From: a virus
Taxonomy: Duplodnaviria > Caudoviricetes
IMG/VR virus record: IMGVR_UViG_3300042892_002922
Location: 192,001-256,000 of that record
Direction: 5' to 3' (one strand)
DNA length: 64,000 nt
The notes under the pieces are model-generated. The model saw only the letters and a program-made list of their open reading frames with translations, was not told the DNA's origin and made no database searches. A program made the position numbers and the translations under genes. The first letter of the stretch is position 1, and each line of letters opens with the position of its first letter. Below are positions 19,729 through 29,279 of this stretch, piece by piece.

Positions 19729-21144
19729 ATGGCGAAGAAAAAAATCAATAAGGGTGAGAATCCTTTATATGTTGAAACAAAAGACAAACTAGACAAAATA
19801 GGTCCGGGCATGTGTTTGGCAAAATGGACACAAGTTACGATACATTTACAAAATGGTCATAACCACTCTTGCCATCACCCTACGACTCATAAAATATCTG
19901 ATAAGGAAATTATAAGAAACCCATCAGCTCTACATAATACTCGATATAAGAAAGAGAAAAGAAGAGAAATGTTGGATGGTAAAAGACCTGAAGAATGTGA
20001 TTATTGCTGGAGCGTAGAAGATAACTCTGATAGATTCTCTGATCGTGTTTTCAAGTCAAGTGAGAAATGGTCTTTACCACACTATGATGCAATTGCAAAT
20101 TCTGACTGGAGAGATGACATCAACCCAAAGTATGTTGAGGTAGCATTTTCCAATGCGTGCAACTTTAAATGTTCATATTGCGCACCACAGTTCTCGTCAC
20201 AATGGACGGCTGAAATTGAAAAATTTGGTGGTTACAAAACAAGCACAAAGTTTAATGACCCAGAGCACATGTTAAGGGAAAACACCAAGCCGTTCTTACA
20301 TACGGATAGTAATCCATACGTTGATGCTTTTTGGAAATGGTGGCCGGATTTATATCGTGACTTATATACGTTTAGAATCACTGGAGGAGAACCGCTATTA
20401 TCAAAAGATACTTGGGGTGTTTTAGATTATATCATAGAACAAAAAGAACCAAATAGAGAATTGAATTTAGCTATTAATTCAAATCTAGGTGTGCCAGATA
20501 AATTGATAGATGAATTTATTGAAAAAATATCAAGAATTACCGAAGAAAATCGTGTAAAAGAATTTGTTATTTTCACATCATGCGATGCCTGGGGAGAACA
20601 AGCTGAGTACATTAGAAATGGTTTAGTGTTTAACAGGTTTTGGGATAATGTAAACAAAATACTTACTAAATGTCCTAGAGTAACTCTAACATTTATGGTG
20701 ACATATAATGCGTTATCTGTGTTCTCATTTAATAAGTTAATTAAAGGGGTCTATGATTTAAAAAACCAATATGGTTCCAATCAAAGATATTGGGATTCAG
20801 CGGTTTTCTTGGACACATCATACCTAAGATACCCATTCCATCAAGCAGTTCAAGTGTTGCCATATCAATTTTCTAATAATGTTTTAGAACAAGCAATTAA
20901 TGCTGAGTTCTTAGGTACATTGGAATTTACAAATGACTATATTGGTTACACCGATATTGAAATTCAAAAATTAAAAAGGACATATGATTGGATGATATCA
21001 CCACAAGATGCTAATAAACAAATGGCAAATAGAAAAGATTTTCACACGTTTTTTACTGAACATGATAGAAGACGTGGGACCGATTTCCTTAAAACCTTTC
21101 CAGAACTAGAAGAGTTCTATAACTTTTGTGGAACCATAAAATAA
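19729..21144 (+). CDS. Radical SAM protein with N-terminal Twitch/SPASM-like domain
   Basis: CLAKW..SCHH; CDYCW; NACNFKCSYC (CxxxCxxC); ITGGEP. Confidence 0.85.
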   Translation: MAKKKINKGENPLYVETKDKLDKIGPGMCLAKWTQVTIHLQNGHNHSCHHPTTHKISDKEIIRNPSALHNTRYKKEKRREMLDGKRPEECDYCWSVEDNSDRFSDRVFKSSEKWSLPHYDAIANSDWRDDINPKYVEVAFSNACNFKCSYCAPQFSSQWTAEIEKFGGYKTSTKFNDPEHMLRENTKPFLHTDSNPYVDAFWKWWPDLYRDLYTFRITGGEPLLSKDTWGVLDYIIEQKEPNRELNLAINSNLGVPDKLIDEFIEKISRITEENRVKEFVIFTSCDAWGEQAEYIRNGLVFNRFWDNVNKILTKCPRVTLTFMVTYNALSVFSFNKLIKGVYDLKNQYGSNQRYWDSAVFLDTSYLRYPFHQAVQVLPYQFSNNVLEQAINAEFLGTLEFTNDYIGYTDIEIQKLKRTYDWMISPQDANKQMANRKDFHTFFTEHDRRRGTDFLKTFPELEEFYNFCGTIK

Positions 21145-21149
21145 TAACT

Positions 21150-21884
21150 ATGAATTTAACAGTTAAACATAAGAAACCGTATTCAATTGTTCCATTAGAC
21201 AAATACAATATTTGTAAATACACCGCAAACCCTGTAATGAATGAAAAATCTTACACGTTATTTGTTGATGTTAAAATAAATAAAGATGAGTGTGATAAAG
21301 AAGCTGGAATAATTGTTAGACCAGGTATGCACGCTGGGTTTTTATTTGCACAACCTAATCTTCTAAAGTTTGGTTTCTGGTTTTTTAAAAACGATGAACC
21401 AATTTATAAAGAGGTTTTCAAATTATTAACTGACGATGATTTTGATGAACATTTGTTTTGTGTAGCAACCGATGACGCAGATACAAAGATTATAAAAGTA
21501 TACGTTAATAGCAATTTAATTGGTGAGATTGATTACAGTGAATATGATAGAAAACACAGCTACGTTGGTACACCTTATTATTTTGGTGTTGCTAATCCAT
21601 TCTTAGTTGCTAGACCTTTTGATTATTATGGTTCATTTAATTATAGATTTGCGGGTTTATTAGATGTGGTTGTTGACGATATTGAGGAATTAAAACAAAT
21701 ACAGGAGCACATTACAGTACATCCAAGATTAGAATATAATATCTTCAAAGAAGATTATAAATATAAACCAAATTTTGTATTTTACTTTGATTTTGAAAAC
21801 CAAAGCAATTACAAGGTCTGGGATGTTTCTGAGAACAATAATTTTCTATGCAGGATTTTAGATAGAGACAATAATTTAATTTAA
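21150..21884 (+). CDS. Stand-alone LamG-like beta-sandwich protein (start refined from 21126 to ATG 21150)
   Basis: KVYVNSNLIG..TPYYFGVANP resembles the inserts in the two GT7 genes. Confidence 0.4.
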   Translation: MNLTVKHKKPYSIVPLDKYNICKYTANPVMNEKSYTLFVDVKINKDECDKEAGIIVRPGMHAGFLFAQPNLLKFGFWFFKNDEPIYKEVFKLLTDDDFDEHLFCVATDDADTKIIKVYVNSNLIGEIDYSEYDRKHSYVGTPYYFGVANPFLVARPFDYYGSFNYRFAGLLDVVVDDIEELKQIQEHITVHPRLEYNIFKEDYKYKPNFVFYFDFENQSNYKVWDVSENNNFLCRILDRDNNLI

Positions 21885-21892
21885 TATATTTT

Positions 21893-22522
21893 ATGATTAA
21901 GAATTTAGAACAATACAAAATTGTTAAAGACCCACAATATACCAAAGAAGATTTGGTTAATTTTGAAACCTTAATTAGTGAACACTGGGAAGGTGGTAAG
22001 ATTAGAGGACCAGTGCATTTATCTGACGGTAACGAAGAACCGTTAATTGAAATTTTTAAAAGAGTAAAAAAAACCGACTGGGTATTTTCAACTTGGCGAT
22101 CACACTACCATGCATTACTCAAAGGTATTTGTCCTGTTTGGTTAGAAGAAGAAATCTTGGCCGGTAAGTCAATTACTATTTGTAACATACCAGAAAGATT
22201 TTACGCATCAGCAATCGTTGGCGGTATACTACCAATCGCTTTAGGTGTTGCAAAAGGAATTAAAATGAGTGGTGGAGATGAAAAGGTTTGGTGTTGTATT
22301 GGTGATATGACATTTGAAAGTGGATTATTTTATGAAGTCCACAAATACGCTAGACGTTTTGATTTACCATTGCACTTTATTGTTGAGGATAATGATAAAT
22401 CAACCAACACACCTACATTATCAACGTGGAAAGAAAAACGCGAATTACCAGATGATGTGATATATTACAAATATGAATCAAAATACCCTCATTATGGAAC
22501 TGGAAAGTGGATTAACTTTTAA
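21893..22522 (+). CDS. TPP-dependent enzyme, E1-alpha-like subunit (short)
   Basis: GPVHLSDGNEE; STWRSHYH; IVGG; CIGDM..ESG.FYE...EDN (GDG..N-type TPP motif). Confidence 0.85.
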   Translation: MIKNLEQYKIVKDPQYTKEDLVNFETLISEHWEGGKIRGPVHLSDGNEEPLIEIFKRVKKTDWVFSTWRSHYHALLKGICPVWLEEEILAGKSITICNIPERFYASAIVGGILPIALGVAKGIKMSGGDEKVWCCIGDMTFESGLFYEVHKYARRFDLPLHFIVEDNDKSTNTPTLSTWKEKRELPDDVIYYKYESKYPHYGTGKWINF

Positions 22523-23885
22523 AATAGCTTATGACTATTGGAATCCAATTACAAATATGCCCTTCCCTAACGGATGGGCAAAATTTTTAAGAGAGGATTT
22601 TATTGAAAATGGTAAGCACAACCCACAGTACCAATATTCATCAACACATAGCGAACTTAACAATCAGTTTAAGTATAGAAATAGAGAAGACGTTGGTGGA
22701 ATCCACATCATAACCGAAAAATATGACGAGGATATCACCTATTTCTATTTACTAGAGGGTGTGGGATGTGATTTCCGCCTTTTCATGGATATTAGTCAGG
22801 ATAATCGATATAGCACACTCCTTATTAAAAATATGAGCCCTAAGGCGCTTAAAATGGCTCAGGATGGGCAGTTAAAAATTGTTATTAACTATTCACACGA
22901 ACCTATAGGTGATGATTTGTTATTTGACCTAATTGGTGAGTTCTGTTCTAGAAATGGAATACTAGAAGAAAATATTATGTTTTTCACTGGATGTATGAAT
23001 ATCAATCATTTGTGTCAACAAAGTTTATCAAAATACAAGTTTAAAGTTTATACGGATAATGTTGTTATGTCAACTTCTGGACAATCACTTAGGAATCTGA
23101 TGGATGGCGGAAAACATAACGAATTAAACTATGAAACGACCTTAATAACGGAATCTGAAATTAAAACAGACGTTAGAGATAAACATTTTATTTGTTTAAA
23201 TAGAAATAGCCATAAAGGACATCGATTAAATCTTGGATTGTTTGTTGAAAGTGAAAATCTATGGGATAAATTCTATATTAGTTTTTTAGAGGATCTTAAA
23301 TCACATGATAGAATCCATAACACCACACACGGGTTTAGAAATATGGAGTTTAGAAATCGATTACTAGACGCATTACCTGATTTTATAAAAAAAACACCAT
23401 TAGAGCTTGATACACAATCACTTAATGATGAACAAAGAATGTGTTTTAGTGTTGTGAGAGCGTATCGTAAAGATTTATATCTGAACAGTTACATTTACGT
23501 GGTTACAGAAACCAAATTTGATAAACATATCTATTTTTCAGAGAAAATCTGTAATCCAATGATAGTTCTACAACCGTTTATTGTATTTGGCGCTGCACAC
23601 TTCTTAAAATACCTTAAAAAACTTGGATTCAAAACATTTAGTCCGTTTATCGATGAGACATATGATGATGAAGAAAATGACGAAAAAAGATTGATGTTAC
23701 TATGTAATTTAATCAAAAAATTAAGTAAATTGGATAGGTTAGAAATACATGAATGGTATAACTCTATCAAGGACATATTAGTCCATAATAGAACCTTACT
23801 TTATCAAATGTCGTTCAATAATAACTTCGAAAATAGGTTTATAGAAACTTTAAATTATGAAAAAAATATTAGTAACAGGGTGTAA
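22494..23885 (+). CDS. Conserved phage protein, FxxLNR/SEK family paralog 1 (possible GT-B-like; start 22473 or 22494)
   Basis: FICLNR; FSEKICNP..LQPFIVFG..FLKYLKKLGFKTFSPFIDETYD. Confidence 0.45.
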   Translation: MELESGLTFKIAYDYWNPITNMPFPNGWAKFLREDFIENGKHNPQYQYSSTHSELNNQFKYRNREDVGGIHIITEKYDEDITYFYLLEGVGCDFRLFMDISQDNRYSTLLIKNMSPKALKMAQDGQLKIVINYSHEPIGDDLLFDLIGEFCSRNGILEENIMFFTGCMNINHLCQQSLSKYKFKVYTDNVVMSTSGQSLRNLMDGGKHNELNYETTLITESEIKTDVRDKHFICLNRNSHKGHRLNLGLFVESENLWDKFYISFLEDLKSHDRIHNTTHGFRNMEFRNRLLDALPDFIKKTPLELDTQSLNDEQRMCFSVVRAYRKDLYLNSYIYVVTETKFDKHIYFSEKICNPMIVLQPFIVFGAAHFLKYLKKLGFKTFSPFIDETYDDEENDEKRLMLLCNLIKKLSKLDRLEIHEWYNSIKDILVHNRTLLYQMSFNNNFENRFIETLNYEKNISNRV

Positions 23886-25761
23886 CGGTTTGGTAGGTAC
23901 ACATTTAGTTAAGAAATGCACAAACATGGGCTATGACGTTATTGGTGTAGACATTACCCCAGTAACCAATTTACAAAATGTAAATAACTTTAAGTTTATC
24001 CAAGCGGATTTAACGAAAGGAGATGTCATTGAGCAAATTTTTAATGAAAATAACTTAGATGCAGTGTTTAACACTTTTGGTGTTAAAGGTTCACCGTTAA
24101 AGGCGAAAAATCAGCCAGTATCTTTTTTATATCCATCATTTAAAATTAACACAGAGATTATTAACCAATGTGCTAAAAAACAAATTTGGTTAGTGTTTGT
24201 AAGTTCTGTTGGGGTATATGCACCTGCTGAAAAATTTGTTGAGGATACCGTATGGAGCACTTTACCATCTGATGCGGATTGGTTCCCATCTTGGAGCAAA
24301 AGAATGGGTGAACTTTTATTAGAAGCATATAAGGTTCAATACAATTATAATAATTGGGCTATTATTCGCCCAGCAAATATTTTTGGTGAGTATGATGATT
24401 TTGAAGGTAACGGAACAGTAATTGCATCCACAATTAAAAAGGTATTTGAAGCTAATAATGAAATTGAAGCATGGGGCGATGGTACACCAATCAGAGATTT
24501 TGTATATGCTGGTGATGTTGCAGATGCTATTATAGATTTATACTTAAACGACAAGCGCATCACAGTTAACTTCGGTGCCGGTGAAGAAATTACTATCAAA
24601 CAAATGATTGATACCGTTATCAAGGTAAGCGGTAAATCGTTGGCTGTTAAATGGGATTCAAGTAAACCTAATGGTGATATGAGAAGACAAATGGATATCA
24701 CCAAACAAAAGGAAAATAATTTATTACCAAAATTAGGTTTTGAAAATGCGATAAGTGAAACCTATTCACATTATAAAAAAACACAACAAATGATAACTAA
24801 AAATTCTAAGATACTAATCACCGGTGGATCTGGATTAGTGGGCCAAAACTTAACCAATAAATTAGTTAGTGAGGGCTACAGAGATATTCGCGTAACAATA
24901 CACAGAAAAATGCCAAGAATACAACATCCTAATGTTGAATATCTAATGATTGATTTAGAAACAAGAGAAGGTGCTTTAGAAGCCACTAAAAATGTTGATG
25001 CGGTGTTTCATTGCGCGGCATCCACATCTAATGCGGTAGATACTGTTGTTGATCCGTTGGCGCACGTTACACCGAATGTGGCGATGAATAATTTTCTTAT
25101 TGACGCCGCCTGGAGAAATAAAGTTAAAAAATATATCTTCTTATCGTCAAATACAATATACCCACCAAAAGGTGATGAACCAGTGGTTGAAACCGATTTT
25201 GTATTCAGTGACATTTACCCAGTTTATTTCCCAGTCGGTTGGATGAAAAGATATGCGGAAATTCAATGTGAATTATATTCCAAATACCTACCAGAAAAGA
25301 TGGTTACAGTTATTGTTAGACCAGCAAATCTTTTTGGACCACATGACAAATATGATTTCAATAAATGTCATGTAACACCAGCAACAATCAGAAAGGTTGC
25401 AGATAAACTGAATCCAATACCAGTATGGGGTGATGGGTTAGAAGTTAGAGATTTATTATTCATTGATGACTTTGTTGACGCGTTATTATTAATCTTAGAG
25501 AAACAAGAAACACACGATGTGTTCAATGTTGGTTCAAATAAGGGGTATACCGTAAATGATGTGTTAACAACAATGAAAAACATTGCAGAATATGATGCAC
25601 CAATTGAATATGTTCAAGGAAAACCATCAATGATTCCTGTTAGATATATTGATTCAAATAAAATTAATAAAGTACTTGGTTGGGAACCTAAAACAGAACT
25701 ATCTGTTGGACTTAAAAAGGCGTACGATTGGTATTTAACAAATAGAGAAGAATTTAATTAA
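23857..25761 (+). CDS. Tandem fusion of two NAD-dependent epimerase/GDP-fucose-synthase-like domains
   Basis: ILVTGCNGLVG at N-terminus and ILITGGSGLVG after internal Met312 (24790); each has RPAN.FG and WGDG...RD. Confidence 0.85.
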   Translation: MKKILVTGCNGLVGTHLVKKCTNMGYDVIGVDITPVTNLQNVNNFKFIQADLTKGDVIEQIFNENNLDAVFNTFGVKGSPLKAKNQPVSFLYPSFKINTEIINQCAKKQIWLVFVSSVGVYAPAEKFVEDTVWSTLPSDADWFPSWSKRMGELLLEAYKVQYNYNNWAIIRPANIFGEYDDFEGNGTVIASTIKKVFEANNEIEAWGDGTPIRDFVYAGDVADAIIDLYLNDKRITVNFGAGEEITIKQMIDTVIKVSGKSLAVKWDSSKPNGDMRRQMDITKQKENNLLPKLGFENAISETYSHYKKTQQMITKNSKILITGGSGLVGQNLTNKLVSEGYRDIRVTIHRKMPRIQHPNVEYLMIDLETREGALEATKNVDAVFHCAASTSNAVDTVVDPLAHVTPNVAMNNFLIDAAWRNKVKKYIFLSSNTIYPPKGDEPVVETDFVFSDIYPVYFPVGWMKRYAEIQCELYSKYLPEKMVTVIVRPANLFGPHDKYDFNKCHVTPATIRKVADKLNPIPVWGDGLEVRDLLFIDDFVDALLLILEKQETHDVFNVGSNKGYTVNDVLTTMKNIAEYDAPIEYVQGKPSMIPVRYIDSNKINKVLGWEPKTELSVGLKKAYDWYLTNREEFN

Positions 25762-26798
25762 TGAAATACGTACTAACATCTGGATGCTCATTTACTAGGA
25801 TAGGTTTCTTTAACGGAATGTCAGTTACTAGTGATTTTAAACAAATCCACAAACAAGGCAATCCTAACCTTTTTAAATGGACTGATTGGTTACAAGAATC
25901 ATTGGGTGAGGAGTATTCTGTAATCAACCTAGCGTCACAAACAAATGATAATGTTACAATCTCTAGAACAATATTTTATTGGGTTAACGAGTTAATGAGT
26001 AAGGGTGTTAACCCAGAAGATATTCATGTGATTATTCAATGGAGCACACCACAAAGAACCAATTTTTATGTACCAAAGGATAAATTGCCGAGAGGTAAAG
26101 AATACTATGGACATACTAGTCATTATTTAAAAAATGATGACATATATGACAATGGTGTTTTTTATTTGAGTGGTGGATTTAATTTACAAGATGCTAGTGA
26201 GAAGTTTAAAATTAGAGAATTATTAAAGGAGTACATCTATTATTATGGCAGTGATAGAGGTATGGTTAATCAAACGCTTGCTTGGTTGGAAAACTGGTCA
26301 AATCTTAAATTATTTTTTGATAAACATAAGATAAAAAATAACTACATTTCAATGTGTGATATTTTATCTGAATCTATGCAAAGAACTGGTTTTGGATTTT
26401 ACGCTGGACTTAAAGAGCACGAGTTTGAACGCGCTGTTTTGGATGAGAAACTAATTGCAGATACAAGCAAGGATCAATGTTGGTTAGAACAGAATGAGTT
26501 ATTTAGACCGTATATAAATAACATAGGGCTATATGATGATTTTTGGTTATTTAAAACGCCTACACACAAGTATGGTGGATTATTAGAATGGACAATAAAA
26601 AATTATGATAAGGTTAATCTAGAAAAATACGTTAATTTTAACGAACACCAATTAGATGTTACAATCTATGAAGAATGTATTCAACAGAAAATTAATGAAA
26701 GAGATTATTTAAAATCCGGAAGATGGTACGGACATACATCATCAATAATGGCTAGAAAATTTGTAATTGAGGAATTACTACCAACATTAAATTTGTAA
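25761..26798 (+). CDS. SGNH/GDSL-like protein
   Basis: LTSGCSFT near N-terminus, INLAS..NDN, C-terminal GH. Confidence 0.5.
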   Translation: MKYVLTSGCSFTRIGFFNGMSVTSDFKQIHKQGNPNLFKWTDWLQESLGEEYSVINLASQTNDNVTISRTIFYWVNELMSKGVNPEDIHVIIQWSTPQRTNFYVPKDKLPRGKEYYGHTSHYLKNDDIYDNGVFYLSGGFNLQDASEKFKIRELLKEYIYYYGSDRGMVNQTLAWLENWSNLKLFFDKHKIKNNYISMCDILSESMQRTGFGFYAGLKEHEFERAVLDEKLIADTSKDQCWLEQNELFRPYINNIGLYDDFWLFKTPTHKYGGLLEWTIKNYDKVNLEKYVNFNEHQLDVTIYEECIQQKINERDYLKSGRWYGHTSSIMARKFVIEELLPTLNL

Positions 26799-26800
26799 AA

Positions 26801-27577
26801 ATGAATACATTAATTGAAAATGGTTACATAATCGAAGATGCTAAAGATTTACTATCTGAAGAACATTTTAAAGAATTAGACACGTTATGTGATTCCATCA
26901 GTACATCCGAAAAAAAATACACAAAATTCTATGAATTTGAATATTGTTTTACAAAAGAAGACACAAGTTATTTTGGTTTAACTGGCGAAAATTCTAGTGT
27001 TAAATTTGTAGATAAAATTGATGTTGGTGATAGTCCAGAAAAAAAATTTTCAGTTAAAATGAAAAAAAAACTAATTCAAAAATACTTTGATTCGGTGCAA
27101 ACATATGCTGAAAGTTTTTATGAAATAGATAGGTTTTCTTATTTATGTGATAAAATGTCACATGCAATTGCTGACAAATATTATTCACATATTTTTAATT
27201 TAGATAATTTTAGAAAAAAAGAAATACACAGCACCACTAAAAGGATTGCAACATATGATGAAGATTGTCATATTGCTAAACATAAAGATGGTTTTAACAA
27301 TAAAAGGTTATTTGTTATTTTAGTATACCTAAATAAAGAATGGGAAGATACCAATGGTGGAGATTTAGTTATTTACTCTAAAAACAATGATAAAATTTCA
27401 TTAACACCAAAAGCCCCAAGCGTTTGTGTTTTAGATTTCACAAAAAATAATTTAGAACATGAGGTGTTAAAAGTTATAGATGGTACAAGATACACATATG
27501 TGTCTTTTTATGAGGTGTCAGAATCTTTAATGATAACAGACGAATGGAAAAAACACAAGATAAAAAAAATGATATAA
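26801..27577 (+). CDS. 2OG-Fe(II) oxygenase (prolyl-hydroxylase-like)
   Basis: HKD; LVYLNKEWEDTNGGDL; HEV...RY. Confidence 0.8.
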   Translation: MNTLIENGYIIEDAKDLLSEEHFKELDTLCDSISTSEKKYTKFYEFEYCFTKEDTSYFGLTGENSSVKFVDKIDVGDSPEKKFSVKMKKKLIQKYFDSVQTYAESFYEIDRFSYLCDKMSHAIADKYYSHIFNLDNFRKKEIHSTTKRIATYDEDCHIAKHKDGFNNKRLFVILVYLNKEWEDTNGGDLVIYSKNNDKISLTPKAPSVCVLDFTKNNLEHEVLKVIDGTRYTYVSFYEVSESLMITDEWKKHKIKKMI

Positions 27578-28761
27578 TGACAGAAACATTTTGCCCACTA
27601 CCATTTATTCATTTTAACGCATATCCAGACAAACAAATTAAACCTTGTTGCTACTCGCAATCATTTTTTGAAAATACCACATTAAAAAATCAAGATATTG
27701 TTACCGCTTTTAATTCTGAAGAATACCAGAAACTACGAAATGATTTACTAAATGGCGTTGAACACAAGTTCTGTGATGTTTGTTGGAAAACAGAAAAAAA
27801 TGGTGGAGAAAGCCAAAGAATTAAATGGTCAAAATTTTATGAAGATAAAAAAGAAGATATTATTGAAAGAACACAAGAAGATGGATATTACCAACCCGAC
27901 TTTGTTTCGTTAGATTTAAGACCTTCAAATATATGTAATTTCAAGTGCAGAACTTGTACCCCAGATTTTTCAACAACTTGGATTGATGAGAGAACAAAAT
28001 TTAGGGAAATTATGGGTAACGATGTTATAGATTATAAAACACAAGTTACATCATTTGATATTCCGCAAGAAAACATCAATAATCTAGAGAAAATCTATTT
28101 TGCTGGTGGTGAACCTTTATATATGGATGATATGTATAAGTTTATTGACAAGATTAAAAATAAAGAAAAGGTTGAATTATACTTTAACACGAATTTCAGT
28201 ATAATAAAACATAAAAATAAATCTGTTTTTGATTTATTTAAAGATTTCAAAAAAGTACATATTGGAATATCCTGCGATGGATACGGACCTATTGGTGAAT
28301 ATGTTAGAACCAATTTTAAATGGGAAACATTTAAAGAGAATGTGTATAAATTGGGTAATGCAATAAACAACGGCGCCAATTTTTCATATGGTTTTCAATA
28401 TACATCATCAATACTTAATTGTTTTCATTTTTTTGACTTCAGAGATATGTTATATGATATAAAATTCATATCAAATGATGGGCAATTACAATTTGGTGTT
28501 GCTGAGTATCCATTTTGGTTGAATCCAGCACATTTTGATTTAAAAGATGAGGTTATCACATATTTTGAGGGTAAAATAGATACGATACAAAATGATTCAC
28601 TGCGCACCGAGTTGAACAATTATATAATTTACTTGAAAACCTTCAATGACCCTCATTTTTATGCCTTGAATTATTTAAAAAATTTCATTAAATTAGGTGA
28701 TGAGACCAATAACACGGTTTTACCAGAAGAATTAACATATCTAAAAAAATATCTTATATGA
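27577..28761 (+). CDS. Radical SAM protein with N-terminal Twitch/SPASM-like domain (start refined from 27544)
   Basis: CPLPFIH..PCC; CDVCW; LDLRPSNICNFKCRTC; FAGGEP; TAATG coupling at 27577. Confidence 0.85.
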   Translation: MTETFCPLPFIHFNAYPDKQIKPCCYSQSFFENTTLKNQDIVTAFNSEEYQKLRNDLLNGVEHKFCDVCWKTEKNGGESQRIKWSKFYEDKKEDIIERTQEDGYYQPDFVSLDLRPSNICNFKCRTCTPDFSTTWIDERTKFREIMGNDVIDYKTQVTSFDIPQENINNLEKIYFAGGEPLYMDDMYKFIDKIKNKEKVELYFNTNFSIIKHKNKSVFDLFKDFKKVHIGISCDGYGPIGEYVRTNFKWETFKENVYKLGNAINNGANFSYGFQYTSSILNCFHFFDFRDMLYDIKFISNDGQLQFGVAEYPFWLNPAHFDLKDEVITYFEGKIDTIQNDSLRTELNNYIIYLKTFNDPHFYALNYLKNFIKLGDETNNTVLPEELTYLKKYLI

Positions 28762-29279
28762 CCTACAAAGACGAATTAACTAGAGCCATGACATATATTG
28801 GAGAACAAGAAAACAGTGTCTTCATGGGGCAATCTGTGGCTTTCCCTGGTACATCATTATACAGTACATTAACAAATGTATCTAAAGAAAAATTAATCGA
28901 ATTTCCAGTACTAGAAGAAACACAAACAGGGGTTGCGTTAGGTATGAGTTTAACCGATAAATGTGTAGTGTCAATTTACCCAAGATGGGACTTTTTAATA
29001 TTGGCAACTAATCAATTAGTAAACCACATAGATAAGTTTGAATTGATGACAGGACACGCACCACACGTAATCATTAGAGTTGGTGTTGGTAGCACAAACC
29101 CATTGGACCCAGGACATCAACATAAAGCAGATTATACCGAAGCATTTAAATTATTAATGCAACAAGTAGAGGTTGTAAATTTAACTGAAGCAAATCAAGT
29201 TTTTGATACGTATAAAAGGGCGTACGATAATAAAAAACCAATAATCATTTGTGAATACCCCGACCTATACAATGCATAG
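28758..29279 (+). CDS. TPP-dependent enzyme, E1-beta/transketolase pyrimidine-binding-like subunit (no C-terminal domain)
   Basis: EFPVLEETQTGVALGMS; YPRWDFL..ATNQLVNHIDK; LDPGHQH. Confidence 0.85.
   Translation: MTYKDELTRAMTYIGEQENSVFMGQSVAFPGTSLYSTLTNVSKEKLIEFPVLEETQTGVALGMSLTDKCVVSIYPRWDFLILATNQLVNHIDKFELMTGHAPHVIIRVGVGSTNPLDPGHQHKADYTEAFKLLMQQVEVVNLTEANQVFDTYKRAYDNKKPIIICEYPDLYNA

Noticed and set aside
21893-29279. Pyruvate dehydrogenase auxiliary metabolic gene
   Set aside because: Both subunits are truncated, E2/E3 are absent in the window, and the context is sugar biosynthesis
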